Notes: a model not told the origin generated them from the sequence alone. DNA of 64,000 nucleotides from an uncultured Alistipes sp. (GCA_938014215.1 CALLRW010000002.1:8904-72903); one strand, 5' to 3'. Shown: positions 47,933 through 58,093, counted from the stretch's first letter. Numbers and translations are program-made.

Positions 47933-49108
47933 ATGAAATTCCATGCGCAGAAATTCTCGTTCCGGAACCGGGTCGTCGTCATCATCGTCGGCGTCCTGCT
48001 CGGAACCCTGTCGCTGCTCTACACCAACGACATGGCCCGAAAACTCAAGGGAAAGGAGCAGCACGACGTCGCCCTCTGGGCCCACGCCATGGAACGCGTC
48101 AGCCGCGATGTGCTCGGGACGATTCAGGATCCGCTGGTCGCCGACATCATGTCCAACGGAAACAACATCCCGTTCATCATCACCAACGAAAACCTCGAGG
48201 TGGTCAACTCGCACCTCGTCCCCGAAAAGATCATCGACCACCCCGACCGGCTCCGCAAACAGCTCGACAAGTTCATCTCCGAAAATCAGCCCATTCCCGT
48301 GCGCTTCCGGTTCTCGTCGGAGCACTACCTGCTGATCTTCTACGGAAAGTCGGCCCTGCTCAAGTCGCTCTACTACTTCCCCTACATCCAGATCCTCGTC
48401 ATCACGGCATTCATCGCCCTGGGATTCATCGCCTTCCGTTCGTCGAAACACGACGAGCAGAACCGCGTCTGGATCGGTCTGGCCAAGGAGACCGCCCATC
48501 AGCTGGGAACCCCGACCTCGTCGCTGCTCGGGTGGATCGAGTATCTCCGTTCGCAGGATATCGACCAGACGGCCGTCGAGGAGATGAACAAGGATCTGGC
48601 CCACCTGCTGAAGATCACCGACCGGTTCTCGAAAATCGGTTCAGAAACCCCGCTCACCCCCGAAAACATCAACGAGGTGGTCGGCGAGTCGGTCATGTAC
48701 TTTCGCAAACGCATCCCGCGGAACGTCACGCTCGACTACAACGGTCTGGCCATCGCCCCGGTGCAGGCCAACATCAATGCCGCCCTGTTCGAATGGGTGG
48801 TCGAAAACCTCATGAAAAACTCGCTCGACGCCCTGCAGGGCCACGGCGCCATCGAGGTCAAGATCTCGTCGGACGACAAACACGTGATGATCGACGTCAA
48901 GGATACCGGAAAGGGGATCCCCAAAAGCAACTGGAAGCGGATCTTTGAGCCGGGATTCACCACAAAGACCCGCGGATGGGGACTCGGCCTCTCCCTCTCG
49001 CGACGCATCGTCGAGGAGTATCACCAGGGTAAGATCGCCGTCATCGAGTCGGAGATCGGCAAGGGTACGACCATCCGGATCACCCTCAAACGCACCTTCG
49101 CGGCATGA
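47933..49108 (+). CDS. membrane sensor histidine kinase (orphan; no adjacent response regulator)
   Basis: H-box HQLGTPTSSLLGWIEYL; N, G1, G2 boxes (NLMKNSLDA, DTGKGIP, GWGLGLS). Confidence 0.8.
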   Translation: MKFHAQKFSFRNRVVVIIVGVLLGTLSLLYTNDMARKLKGKEQHDVALWAHAMERVSRDVLGTIQDPLVADIMSNGNNIPFIITNENLEVVNSHLVPEKIIDHPDRLRKQLDKFISENQPIPVRFRFSSEHYLLIFYGKSALLKSLYYFPYIQILVITAFIALGFIAFRSSKHDEQNRVWIGLAKETAHQLGTPTSSLLGWIEYLRSQDIDQTAVEEMNKDLAHLLKITDRFSKIGSETPLTPENINEVVGESVMYFRKRIPRNVTLDYNGLAIAPVQANINAALFEWVVENLMKNSLDALQGHGAIEVKISSDDKHVMIDVKDTGKGIPKSNWKRIFEPGFTTKTRGWGLGLSLSRRIVEEYHQGKIAVIESEIGKGTTIRITLKRTFAA

Positions 49109-50223
49109 TCGCAACGCATCCATACAGCGTCCCGGCTCAGACCTCCGCCGGGGCCGATACGCTGCACGGCAGCCCGGCAACAACCGCTGCGGGCCAACAT
49201 CGGGTCCCGCAACGGAACCGGACCGATACGCTGCACGGCAGCCCGGCAACAACCGCTGCGGGCCAACATCGGGTCCCGCAACGGAACCGGACCGATACGC
49301 TCGGAGCCATACGGAGTGATTCGCTCGCTGCCGGAGCCGACTCCGCCGCACGGATGCAGGGCGATACGCTCCGCCTGCGGGGCGATTCGGTCTGCTTCAT
49401 GCAGGGTGATTCGCTGGTCTACGCCCGGATCGGGGAGTGGCCGCACGAGGCCGATTCCATCCAGAAAGGCCCCTGGCGCGATACCACCGCAACGGCCCTC
49501 TTCGGCAGCGAGTCCTGCACGGTACAGCCCGCCGGAATCGAACGCCCCGTCGGCGAATCGCTCACCGACAACGCCGTCTTCCAGGGGTTCGTCCTGCTGC
49601 TGGCCGCCACCTACGCCACGCTCCTATACCGCAATCTGGGCGATGTCAAGACACTCCTGAGCCGCATCTTCCGCGATACGGCATCCAGCAAACGCATCGC
49701 CGAAGAGCCCGGCAGCAGCGGATTCTCCCGGTTCCTGAACGTCACAACGGCCATCGGCATGCTCTTCATGGGGGTCATCGTCGTCAAGTACGGCGACACG
49801 CTCCTCTCCGCCGAACTCGGCCGGGCCCTCTCTCACGGAGCCGTACTCGCACTGAGCCTGCTCGCCACGCTGGCCTGGTGCGGCGTGGTGATCTTCCAGG
49901 CCGTGATCATCCGCATCATCGCGGCCGTCACCCTCTCGCAGCCATTCATCGCCCAACTCTCCCTGCTGCGAAGAACCTACTTCGCCCTCGGGGTCATCAT
50001 CACCTCTCCCACGCTGCTCCTCTTCGCCCTCTGCCCCCGCGGAACCGGCGGCGCATGGTTCATCGTCGGAGCCGTCGAACTGATCATAACGGCCGTCCTG
50101 TACCTTCGGGAATCGCTGAATCTCTTTATTTCTAAAAAAATTTCGATTTTGCTCTGGATTTTGTACCTTTGCACCGTGGAAGTCTTCCCAATCAGCCTAT
50201 TATGGCTCCTTGCGGCAAGATGA
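49105..50223 (+). CDS. DUF4271-like multi-TM membrane protein with a repetitive N-terminal extension
   Basis: ATGA overlap with the kinase stop; the C-terminal ~220 aa is polytopic (typical DUF4271); the N-terminus contains a 23-aa perfect repeat. Confidence 0.6.
   Translation: MIATHPYSVPAQTSAGADTLHGSPATTAAGQHRVPQRNRTDTLHGSPATTAAGQHRVPQRNRTDTLGAIRSDSLAAGADSAARMQGDTLRLRGDSVCFMQGDSLVYARIGEWPHEADSIQKGPWRDTTATALFGSESCTVQPAGIERPVGESLTDNAVFQGFVLLLAATYATLLYRNLGDVKTLLSRIFRDTASSKRIAEEPGSSGFSRFLNVTTAIGMLFMGVIVVKYGDTLLSAELGRALSHGAVLALSLLATLAWCGVVIFQAVIIRIIAAVTLSQPFIAQLSLLRRTYFALGVIITSPTLLLFALCPRGTGGAWFIVGAVELIITAVLYLRESLNLFISKKISILLWILYLCTVEVFPISLLWLLAAR
49156..49293 (+). repeat. perfect 69-bp tandem duplication (2.0 copies plus a 9-bp partial third) inside the DUF4271 coding region
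   Basis: 49156-49224 is identical to 49225-49293 (GATACGCTGCACGGCAGCCCGGCAACAACCGCTGCGGGCCAACATCGGGTCCCGCAACGGAACCGGACC); in frame, 23 codons. Confidence 0.9.
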
Positions 50224-50257
50224 TATTACAAAGACAAAAACCTAAACATCCGCAACT

Positions 50258-51124
50258 TTGAAAGTAAAGAGTGTACTGGTTTCGCAGCCGAGGCCCGCAG
50301 TAATCGAAAAGTCCCCGTTCTACGAATTGTCCCAGAAATACCAGGTAGAGGTGGCCTACAAGCCATTCATCCGGGTAGAAGGCGTCTCCCTGAAGGAGTT
50401 CCGTGCCCAAAGGGTCGAGATACTCACGCACACCGCAGTCATATTCACCTCGCGGACGACGGTCGACAGCTTCTTCCACATCTGCGAAGAGGCCCGTATC
50501 ACCGTGCCGGAAACCATGAAGTACATCTGCCAGACCGAGGCCGTGGCCCTCTACCTGCAGAAGTACATCGTCTACCGCAAACGCAAAATCTCGTTCGCCG
50601 ACGGTTCGTTCACCTCGCTCGTCGAGCTCATCATCAAACACAAGGAGGAGAAGTTCCTCCTCGCCCTGAGCGAACCCCACAAACCCGAACTCCCCGAAAC
50701 ACTCGCCAAACTCAAACTGGCGGTCGACCCCGTAATCCTGGCCCGTACGGTAGCCAGCGATCTCGAGGCCCTGAAGATGGAGGAGTATGACCTGCTGGCT
50801 CTCTACTCCCCGTCGGATGTGAAGGCACTGGTCGAAAAGTTCGGAAACGAAGGTCTCCCGGCCGTCGCCGTCTTCGGCGAGGGAACCCTCAAGGCAGCTC
50901 TCGAAGCCGGTCTGACCGTCCTGGCAAACGCCCCGACTCCGGAGGCCCCCTCGATGGTCAAGGCCATCGACCTCTTCCTGCAGAAGGTCGAAAAGGGCGA
51001 GGAGATCTCCCCCGTCGAGCTCGTCACCGACGCCCGGAAGGAGGAGTTCATCCGCACGCAGCAGCACAAGCTCGCCAAAAAGAGCCGTGTCCGCCGTACT
51101 CCCGCCGCCGAAAGCCGCAAATAG
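50258..51124 (+). CDS. hemD: uroporphyrinogen-III synthase (HemD-like)
   Basis: HemD-fold length and profile (ILTHTAVIFTSRTTVDSF ... ). Confidence 0.65.
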   Translation: MKVKSVLVSQPRPAVIEKSPFYELSQKYQVEVAYKPFIRVEGVSLKEFRAQRVEILTHTAVIFTSRTTVDSFFHICEEARITVPETMKYICQTEAVALYLQKYIVYRKRKISFADGSFTSLVELIIKHKEEKFLLALSEPHKPELPETLAKLKLAVDPVILARTVASDLEALKMEEYDLLALYSPSDVKALVEKFGNEGLPAVAVFGEGTLKAALEAGLTVLANAPTPEAPSMVKAIDLFLQKVEKGEEISPVELVTDARKEEFIRTQQHKLAKKSRVRRTPAAESRK

Positions 51125-51153
51125 TGGCCGTACCCCTGAAAAAAACAAACAAC

Positions 51154-51525
51154 ATGTCCGCGCACTCGCTATCCCGCAACGAAAGACTTCGCTCGCTGGG
51201 GGCGGTGCGCCGACTTTTTGAGTCGGGGCAGAGCGGATTCATCTTCCCGTTCCGGTATGTCTGGTTCGCAGAACCCGACACCCGGCGCTCGGTCGAAGTA
51301 CTCTTCTCCGTCCCCAAAAAGTTCCACAAAAGGGCCAACAAGCGCAATCTCGTCCGCCGACGGACCAAGGAGGCTTATCGACTCCAGAAGCAGATCCTGA
51401 CCGACGGCGAAGCCCCGCTGAACCTCGATCTGGCCCTCATCTACTCCTCGAAAGAGGTCCTCTCCGCAAAAACCATCTCCCATGCCGTCCGACGGATTCT
51501 GGAATCGGTTGCCGAGCATCTTTAA
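51154..51525 (+). CDS. rnpA: ribonuclease P protein component
   Basis: RnpA RNR-type basic motif region ([18 protein letters not shown]). Confidence 0.8.
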   Translation: MSAHSLSRNERLRSLGAVRRLFESGQSGFIFPFRYVWFAEPDTRRSVEVLFSVPKKFHKRANKRNLVRRRTKEAYRLQKQILTDGEAPLNLDLALIYSSKEVLSAKTISHAVRRILESVAEHL

Positions 51526-51742
51526 GCGGATCTGCGCACTGCCGCTCATCCTATTGGTCCGCTTCTACCAGCTCTGCATCTCGCCCCTGACACCTCCATC
51601 GTGCCGGTTCACCCCCACCTGTTCGCAGTACGCCCTCGAGGCGCTGCGCAAGTACGGCCCCCTGAAGGGTCTCTGGCTGACAATCCGGCGGCTTGCGCGT
51701 TGTCATCCCTGGGGTGGCAGCGGGTATGATCCCGTTCCGTAA
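51482..51742 (+). CDS. yidD: membrane protein insertion efficiency factor YidD
   Basis: YidD signature [27 protein letters not shown]; overlaps the rnpA 3' end (an alternative TTG start is at 51509). Confidence 0.75.
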   Translation: MPSDGFWNRLPSIFKRICALPLILLVRFYQLCISPLTPPSCRFTPTCSQYALEALRKYGPLKGLWLTIRRLARCHPWGGSGYDPVP

Positions 51743-52274
51743 AGCGAGAAAAGAGGGCTGCGATCCGGGAATGCGCCAAAGAGGAGGCAAAACGGGTGGC
51801 TGAACGGGAGGCTGAACGGGAAATCCCGCAGCGCGAAGATGCCGGCAACACTCCAGGAGGGCCTTTTGCGGGCCGTCAGGCCGCGTGAACGTCCCGGAAA
51901 GGGTAGATACTGAAGAGGATCGGAAAGGCGGCAAAAAAGGGCCGATCCGTCACCGGACCGGCCTGAAAAAGTTGCGTCACTCACACGATTCGAATTCATC
52001 TGTTCCGAGCGCAAAGATCGTACCCTTTCCCCGCAAAAACAATCGCGACCCCAACTGTTCGGATCGCGATTTCAATTTTTACGCCCGAAAGGAACAGACA
52101 GCGATCCGTCAGAGGAGGAAAAGGGACGATGCCGTCGGAGGAGGCAGGGGCATAATCGGGCCCAATCCGGGATCCGTCAGGGGTGAAGACAGGACAATGC
52201 GGTCGGGAAAGGACAGTCGGGAAAGGACAAACGAGAAGGGCCGGTCGGGAAGGGCCGTCCGCTATACAGCCCGG

Positions 52275-53189
52275 TCAGTCGCTCAGATCGGCACACCGCT
52301 CGGCCGGAGTCTCGAACTCGAGCGTGGCATGCGAAATCCCCGCCTCGTGCAGCAGTGCCTTGAGCTCGTGTTTGATGCGCTCCTGCGACGCCAGGTCCGT
52401 CACCACAACGTGGGCCGTCAGAGCATTCTCCGTCGTACTGAGGGCCCAGACATGAATGTGATGCACCGCTTGCACCCCCTCGACGGAGGAGATCTGCCGG
52501 CCAAGCTCCGCAACATCGAGCCCCGCGGGAACCCCGTCGAGCGACAGGCGCAGGCTGTCACGCGTCAGCGACCAGACCGACACGACGATCACCCCGGCCA
52601 CGACCAGTCCGACAATCGGATCGATCAGCGTCCAGCCCGTCCACGAAATCACCACCCCCGAAAGCAGTACACCCACCGAAACCAGGGCATCGGCCGCCAT
52701 GTGGAGATAGGCGCCGCGTACGTTCAGATCGCGTCGGCGATCCTTCATGAAGAGCCAGGCCGTAAAGCCGTTGACCACGACGCCGATCCCCGCCGTCCAA
52801 GCCACCGCCCCGCCCACGACGGGCGTCGGATGGAGCATCCGGCCGATACTCTCGGCGATGATAACCCCCACGGCGATGAGCAGAATCACCGAGTTCAGCA
52901 GCGAAATAAGCACCGTGCTCTTCTTGTACCCGTAGGTATAGCGCGGCGTGGCGTGTGCCTGCGCCAGCCGGAAGGCGAGCATCGCCAGCAGCAGGCTCGC
53001 CACATCCGAAAGGTTGTGTCCGGCATCCGACAGGAGCCCCATCGACCCGTAGAACAGGCCGACGACAAATTCCACCGCGACAAAACCCGCATTGAGCGAA
53101 ATGCCCCACAGAAAGGCCCGGTTCAACGACGTGATGGCATGGGTATGCTGGTGGTGATGGGGATGCGGTTCAGAAGCGTGTGCTGTCAT
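52275..53189 (-). CDS. cation diffusion facilitator (CDF) family metal efflux transporter (CzcD/ZitB-like)
   Basis: His-rich N-terminus; CDF signature region; six TMs; C-terminal cytoplasmic domain. Confidence 0.85.
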   Translation of the reverse strand: MTAHASEPHPHHHQHTHAITSLNRAFLWGISLNAGFVAVEFVVGLFYGSMGLLSDAGHNLSDVASLLLAMLAFRLAQAHATPRYTYGYKKSTVLISLLNSVILLIAVGVIIAESIGRMLHPTPVVGGAVAWTAGIGVVVNGFTAWLFMKDRRRDLNVRGAYLHMAADALVSVGVLLSGVVISWTGWTLIDPIVGLVVAGVIVVSVWSLTRDSLRLSLDGVPAGLDVAELGRQISSVEGVQAVHHIHVWALSTTENALTAHVVVTDLASQERIKHELKALLHEAGISHATLEFETPAERCADLSD

Positions 53190-53222
53190 GGTTGTATGTG
53201 TTTAAGTTCAGGTTTTTCCGAT

Positions 53223-54149
53223 TCAGGGGTCGGGCAGCGTCTTCTTGATCTCGGAGAGCTCGACCAGCTTGTTTACGATGGCGTAGATCGTCAGTCCGGC
53301 CGCCGAGTGGATCTGCAGCTTCGCCGCGATGTTCCGGCGGTGGGTGATGACCGTATGGGCCGAGATGCAGAGCGCCTCGGCGATCTGTTTGTTGGTCATC
53401 CCCTTCACCACGCAGACGATGATCTCCTTCTCGCGGGCGCTCAGCGGTTCGGGTTTCTCGCCCCGGGGCCCCTGCGCCGCCAGCCGCTCCACAGCCGGGG
53501 CAAAGATCTCGTCCTCGACGGCGTTGTGCGACGCCAGCTCCTGCTCGCAGGTGAAGATGTCGAACAGCACGCCGTTCAGTTCGTTCGTACTCCCCGAAGG
53601 GTAGTACTTGATGATGATATTCTTCAGCTCGCGCAGCTTGGCATCCACCTGGTCGTGCTGCCGACGGAAGATCTCCATCGAATAGGAGGTATTCTTCTCC
53701 CCCGAGAGCAGCGACTCCACATAGGGAAAAACGGTCTTCTCCTCGTAGTTCATGTGGCGCTGGACCTCGGCTACATACTCGTCAAAAAAGCGCATGATGG
53801 CAAACGAAACGTCGCTCTGCGAGCAATCCACCGCCTCGATCAGCTTCCGGCGGATGGCCGGCAGCCGGAACTCCAGAAAATAGCCGTGCGAATTGTGCAG
53901 ATAGTCGGTCAGCGACCGCACCGAAACCTCGCGCGAGAGCTCCTCGCCGTTGCCGAAATTCATCAGCAGGTTCACCACCGCCAGGAAGGTCGCCGTATCG
54001 ACCTCGTTGTCGGCGCAGACCTCGGCGATCGTCTTGTCGCCGAACCCCAGCGCAATGCCGAAGCGGCTCATCACCTGCAGCACCGCATAGCGGTCACCTA
54101 CCAGGTCGCACATGCGGTCATCGCCGCCGTATCCTCCGGATTTATACAT
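53223..54149 (-). CDS. LuxR/GerE-type helix-turn-helix transcriptional regulator with an uncharacterised ~230-aa N-terminal domain
   Basis: C-terminal LSAREKEIIVCVVKGMTNKQIAEALCISAHTVITHRRNIAAKL; start ATG at 54149 (MYKSGGYG). Confidence 0.7.
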   Translation of the reverse strand: MYKSGGYGGDDRMCDLVGDRYAVLQVMSRFGIALGFGDKTIAEVCADNEVDTATFLAVVNLLMNFGNGEELSREVSVRSLTDYLHNSHGYFLEFRLPAIRRKLIEAVDCSQSDVSFAIMRFFDEYVAEVQRHMNYEEKTVFPYVESLLSGEKNTSYSMEIFRRQHDQVDAKLRELKNIIIKYYPSGSTNELNGVLFDIFTCEQELASHNAVEDEIFAPAVERLAAQGPRGEKPEPLSAREKEIIVCVVKGMTNKQIAEALCISAHTVITHRRNIAAKLQIHSAAGLTIYAIVNKLVELSEIKKTLPDP

Positions 54150-54222
54150 AGATTCAGGTATTTTTTCAGCCGCAAATATACGAGCGCAACCCCCGTGCCG
54201 CAATACCTAAAACAGGGGATTT

Positions 54223-56064
54223 TCAGCGCCGGCCGATATCCGTATAGGTCGTCTGGAGCATCGTCCGCCCGACGTCGAGCAGGTCGGGATTCGTCGCCAT
54301 GACCACCTGCCGGCCCGTCTCGTCCCACACTGCGGCCCCGAGCGAATCGACCACTCCGAAGCCGTCGTTGAAGGTGTAGTAGGCAAACTTGCGCGGCGGT
54401 GCCGGGGCGAAGATATCCTTGCTGTAGTCGAAATCCGAGTGCGGAAGGCCCAGCTGTCCGAGCAGTGTCGCCGCCAGGTCGATCTGCGAGGCGTAGGTCG
54501 TCACCACGCGCGGCGAAGCTACGGCTCCGCCCGTCCAGATCATCGGGATCCGGTGGCGCAGCGGCTCGTTGTAGGTCAGCGTCCGCGGGTAGGGGTAGCC
54601 GTGGTCGGCAACCAGCACCACCAGCAGGTTCTTCCACGCCGGCGAGGCCTTCAGCCGGTCGAGCATCCGGCCCACACACTCGTCCGAAAAGGCCATGGCG
54701 TTCAGCACCGGATCCTCGAATTTCGCGTAGGGAACGTCGAAGGGCTTGTGGCTGCTCAGCGTCAGCAGCCCCGCCAGGAAGGGACCTCCCGCCGCATCGA
54801 GCGAGATCACCCGGTCGGCAAACCAGTCGCACATCAGCGCATCGTCATAACCCCAGTCCGAGGGCTGCGCGTCGAAGTGCAGATCCTTCTGCCAGACGAG
54901 CTCCTGCCACCCCGTGGCGTACATGTACGACGACTGGTTCGTGAAGTTCAGGTCGCCGCCGTAGGAGAAGCTCGTCGCGTAGCCCGCCGCGGCCAGCGAC
55001 CGCGCCACCGACGGAAGATTGTGGCTCTTCGTCGGGAGCTTCATGATCGACATCCGGGTCTGCGCCGGGAAACCGCTCATGATCGCCACCTCGCCCCGGT
55101 CCGTGCGGTAGGAGTTGGCAAAGAAGTTCTCGAACCAGATGCCCTCCCGTTTCCAGCGCTGCATGTTGGGCATTACCGCCTCGCCGTCGACCGTCTCATC
55201 CATCACCGTGCGGGCGAAGCTCTCCAGGATCACCAGCACCACATTCGGGCGGTCGGTCGTCAGCACCCGTTCGGCCGTTGGGGCCGCTGCCGGGCCGTTA
55301 CCGCGCAGCGCCTCGAAACGCGACGCACGCTCCGATTCTTCGAAATAGGGATACTCCGATGCATAATCCACATTGTGGTCGCCCAGGCTCGAGAGGAACG
55401 AAAAGACCGGGTTGATCGCCGCGTGGTTCAGGAACATCGTCGAACTGAAGTAGACCTTCGAGACGTTGGCCGTCGAGGCCCCCAGTCCGCCGCGGATCGC
55501 CAGGAAATCGAGCCCCGCCAACAGTACCATGGCCAGGCTCCCGGCCGCGGCTGCACGCCACCCCACGGGTTCACCGTCGAAGAGCCGCACCACCCGCCGG
55601 TAGAGCCAGATCATCAGTCCGGCATAGACCGCGGCCAGCAGCGTCTGACGCACCCCGAGCCAGAAATCCACACTCGCCATCGCCTCCTTCGGGTCGGCCA
55701 GGTAGATCAGGATCGTCGAGTCGAGGCGGAAGCCCCAGTGTTCATACAGGGCCACGTCGACGGCAAAGATCACCGCCGTCAGCACGGCCACCAGCACGAA
55801 ATAGCCCGTCAGAATCCCGCGCCACAACCGCTCGGGAAGGCGCACCCACAGCGAAACAAGAATCACAAGCAGCGGCAGCGCCGTGACATACCCCGCCACG
55901 GTCAGATCGAGCGACAACCCGTGCCACAATACCGCCAACCATCCGCCCACGCCGGCTCCCGCCGACTCCACGGCGTACCACGCCATGAAAACCGGCTTCT
56001 GCACGGCCATCATCACCACCGTGGCGACAAACGTCGCAAGGACAAACCCGATCTTGCGCCGCAT
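54223..56064 (-). CDS. LTA-synthase-family (sulfatase-like) membrane protein, phosphoglycerol/phosphoethanolamine transferase-like
   Basis: Five N-terminal TMs; extracytoplasmic sulfatase-fold domain (VVLVILESFART..., SFSYGGDLNF, VVLVADHGYPYP). Confidence 0.8.
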   Translation of the reverse strand: MRRKIGFVLATFVATVVMMAVQKPVFMAWYAVESAGAGVGGWLAVLWHGLSLDLTVAGYVTALPLLVILVSLWVRLPERLWRGILTGYFVLVAVLTAVIFAVDVALYEHWGFRLDSTILIYLADPKEAMASVDFWLGVRQTLLAAVYAGLMIWLYRRVVRLFDGEPVGWRAAAAGSLAMVLLAGLDFLAIRGGLGASTANVSKVYFSSTMFLNHAAINPVFSFLSSLGDHNVDYASEYPYFEESERASRFEALRGNGPAAAPTAERVLTTDRPNVVLVILESFARTVMDETVDGEAVMPNMQRWKREGIWFENFFANSYRTDRGEVAIMSGFPAQTRMSIMKLPTKSHNLPSVARSLAAAGYATSFSYGGDLNFTNQSSYMYATGWQELVWQKDLHFDAQPSDWGYDDALMCDWFADRVISLDAAGGPFLAGLLTLSSHKPFDVPYAKFEDPVLNAMAFSDECVGRMLDRLKASPAWKNLLVVLVADHGYPYPRTLTYNEPLRHRIPMIWTGGAVASPRVVTTYASQIDLAATLLGQLGLPHSDFDYSKDIFAPAPPRKFAYYTFNDGFGVVDSLGAAVWDETGRQVVMATNPDLLDVGRTMLQTTYTDIGRR

Positions 56065-56069
56065 CGCCG

Positions 56070-56726
56070 TCAGATCTTTTCGCCGTAGGCCAGATCACCC
56101 GCATCGCCGATGCCGGGCACGATGTACGACCGCGAGGTCAGCTCCTCGTCGACCACCGCCGTCCAGATCGTCGTATTCTGGTGAGGCATGTTCTTCATCG
56201 CGTAGTCGACCCCCTGCTCGCTGGCAATCACCGCCGCAACGTGGGTGCAGGCCGGTACGCCGCCCCGCTCGCACAGCGCATTGTAGGTCAGCACCAGCGA
56301 CGACCCCGTCGCCAGCATCGGATCGACCAGCAGCAGCGTCTTCCCCTCGAGGCTGCCGCACGAAATGTATTCGACCTTCACCGTGAACTTGCCGTCCTTC
56401 GTGCTCTTGCGGTAGGCCGAGACAAAGGCATTCTGGGCATCGTCGAAGTAGTTCAGGAAGCCCTGGTGGAAGGGGAGACCCGCCCGCAGGATCGTGGCGA
56501 TCACCACCTGGTCGTCGATCATCTGAACGGTCGCCTCGCCCAGCGGCGTCTCGACCACCTGCGGACGGTAGTTCAGCGTCTTCGAGATCTCGTAGGCCGT
56601 GATCTCGCCGATCCGCTCCATGTTGCGGCGGAATCGCATCGAATCCTTCTGGATCCGTTTGTCGCGGATCTCGGCGATGAATTTGTTCAGAACGGTGTTC
56701 TCCTGCGAAAGTACGTGAAGTGTCAT
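56070..56726 (-). CDS. upp: uracil phosphoribosyltransferase
   Basis: PRPP-binding LLLVDPMLATGSS; UPRTase C-terminal YIVPGIGDAGDLAYG; start ATG at 56726 (MTLHVLSQ). Confidence 0.9.
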   Translation of the reverse strand: MTLHVLSQENTVLNKFIAEIRDKRIQKDSMRFRRNMERIGEITAYEISKTLNYRPQVVETPLGEATVQMIDDQVVIATILRAGLPFHQGFLNYFDDAQNAFVSAYRKSTKDGKFTVKVEYISCGSLEGKTLLLVDPMLATGSSLVLTYNALCERGGVPACTHVAAVIASEQGVDYAMKNMPHQNTTIWTAVVDEELTSRSYIVPGIGDAGDLAYGEKI

Positions 56727-56745
56727 AAATTCGGTGTATTGGTTC

Positions 56746-57966
56746 TCAATAAAGAAAATTGTTGAACGGATAGCGCCCGGCATGAATCTCACGCACCATG
56801 CCATACAGATCCGAGCGAAACTTCTCCAGATTGATCTTCTCAAGGGCCGAAAGGAAGATGCACGGCGTATTGGCCCGCGCAATCCAGCTCTGTTTCAGCT
56901 CGTCGAGCGAGCGGTTCTCCCGCGTCGCCGGCGTCAGGTCGTCCTCCTCCTTCTCGACCCAGCGGTAGGCATCCACCTTGTTGAAGACCAGGTAGACGGG
57001 TTTGTCCCCGGCGCCGATCTCCTGCAGCGTCTGCTTCACCACCGCAATCTGATCCTCGAACTGCGGATGCGAAATATCCACCACGTGGACCAGCAGGTCC
57101 GCTTCGCGCACCTCGTCGAGCGTCGACTTGAACGACTCGATCAGTTCGGTCGGCAGCTTGCGGATGAAGCCCACCGTATCCGACAGCAGGAACGGCAGGT
57201 TGTCGAAGACCACCTTGCGCACCGTCGTGTCCAGCGTCGCGAAGAGCTTGTTCTCGGCAAAGACGTCGCTCTTCGAGATGAGGTTCATCAGCGTCGACTT
57301 GCCGACGTTCGTGTAGCCCACCAGCGCCACACGGACCAGCGATCCGCGGTTCGATCGCTGTACGGCCATCTGGCGGTCGATCTTCTTGAGATCCTCCTTC
57401 AGTTTGGCAATGCGGTTGCGGATGATACGGCGGTCGGTCTCGATCTCGCGCTCGCCGGCTCCGCCTCGGGTTCCCGTACCGCCTCGCTGCCGCTCAAGGT
57501 GAGTCCACAGACCCGATAGCCGCGGCAGCATGTATTCGTAATTGGCCAGCTGGACCTGCGTCTTCGCATAGGCCGTCTGGGCCCGCGAAAGGAATATGTC
57601 CAGAATCAACCGCGTTCGGTCAAGCAGGCGGCAGGGGAGCTCCTTCTCGATGTTGCGCGTCTGCGACGGGCTCAGCTCATCGTCGAAGATCACCACGTCG
57701 ATCTCCTGCTCCTTGCAATACTCCGCGATTTCGGTCAGTTTGCCCGGCCCCACGTAGATCCGCGCCGACGGCTGAGGTAGCCGCTGCGTGAATCGCTTGA
57801 CGGCCCGGATATCGGCCGTCTCGGCCAGAAACTCCAGTTCGTCGAGGTATTCATCGGTCTGCCGGGCATCCTGGCCGTCGCGCACCACGGCAACCAGCAC
57901 GGCCCGTTCGCGGAGATCCCCGGCCGGGATCTCCTTCGGTTGAAGCGTTTGTCTGTTCTCTTCCAA
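56746..57966 (-). CDS. hflX: GTPase HflX
   Basis: HflX N-terminal domain plus G-domain motifs GYTNVGKST, DTVGF, NKVD. Confidence 0.9.
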   Translation of the reverse strand: MEENRQTLQPKEIPAGDLRERAVLVAVVRDGQDARQTDEYLDELEFLAETADIRAVKRFTQRLPQPSARIYVGPGKLTEIAEYCKEQEIDVVIFDDELSPSQTRNIEKELPCRLLDRTRLILDIFLSRAQTAYAKTQVQLANYEYMLPRLSGLWTHLERQRGGTGTRGGAGEREIETDRRIIRNRIAKLKEDLKKIDRQMAVQRSNRGSLVRVALVGYTNVGKSTLMNLISKSDVFAENKLFATLDTTVRKVVFDNLPFLLSDTVGFIRKLPTELIESFKSTLDEVREADLLVHVVDISHPQFEDQIAVVKQTLQEIGAGDKPVYLVFNKVDAYRWVEKEEDDLTPATRENRSLDELKQSWIARANTPCIFLSALEKINLEKFRSDLYGMVREIHAGRYPFNNFLY

Positions 57967-57997
57967 AATCTGCTGTTTCTATGTCTCCGGAATCCGT

Positions 57998-58029
57998 CCC
58001 GGCTCGCTCCTCGCCTCCCGGGGTGCGGA
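57998..58029 (+). repeat. left copy of a ~32-34-nt imperfect direct repeat flanking tonB (…CCCGGCTCGCTCCTCGCCTCCCGGGGTGCGG…)
   Basis: Shares a CCCGGCTC block and an exact 12-mer CCCGGGGTGCGG with 59023-59056. Confidence 0.5.
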
Positions 58030-58060
58030 TTCCGGCGTGACAACTCTCCCCCTCAGGCTG

Positions 58061-58093
58061 CAAAAAGGGTATCCTCCACGAAGCAGGATACCC
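58061..58093 (-). terminator. rho-independent terminator of tonB (minus strand)
   Basis: On the minus strand: GGGTATCCT-gcttcgtgg-AGGATACCC-TTTTTG. Confidence 0.6.
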
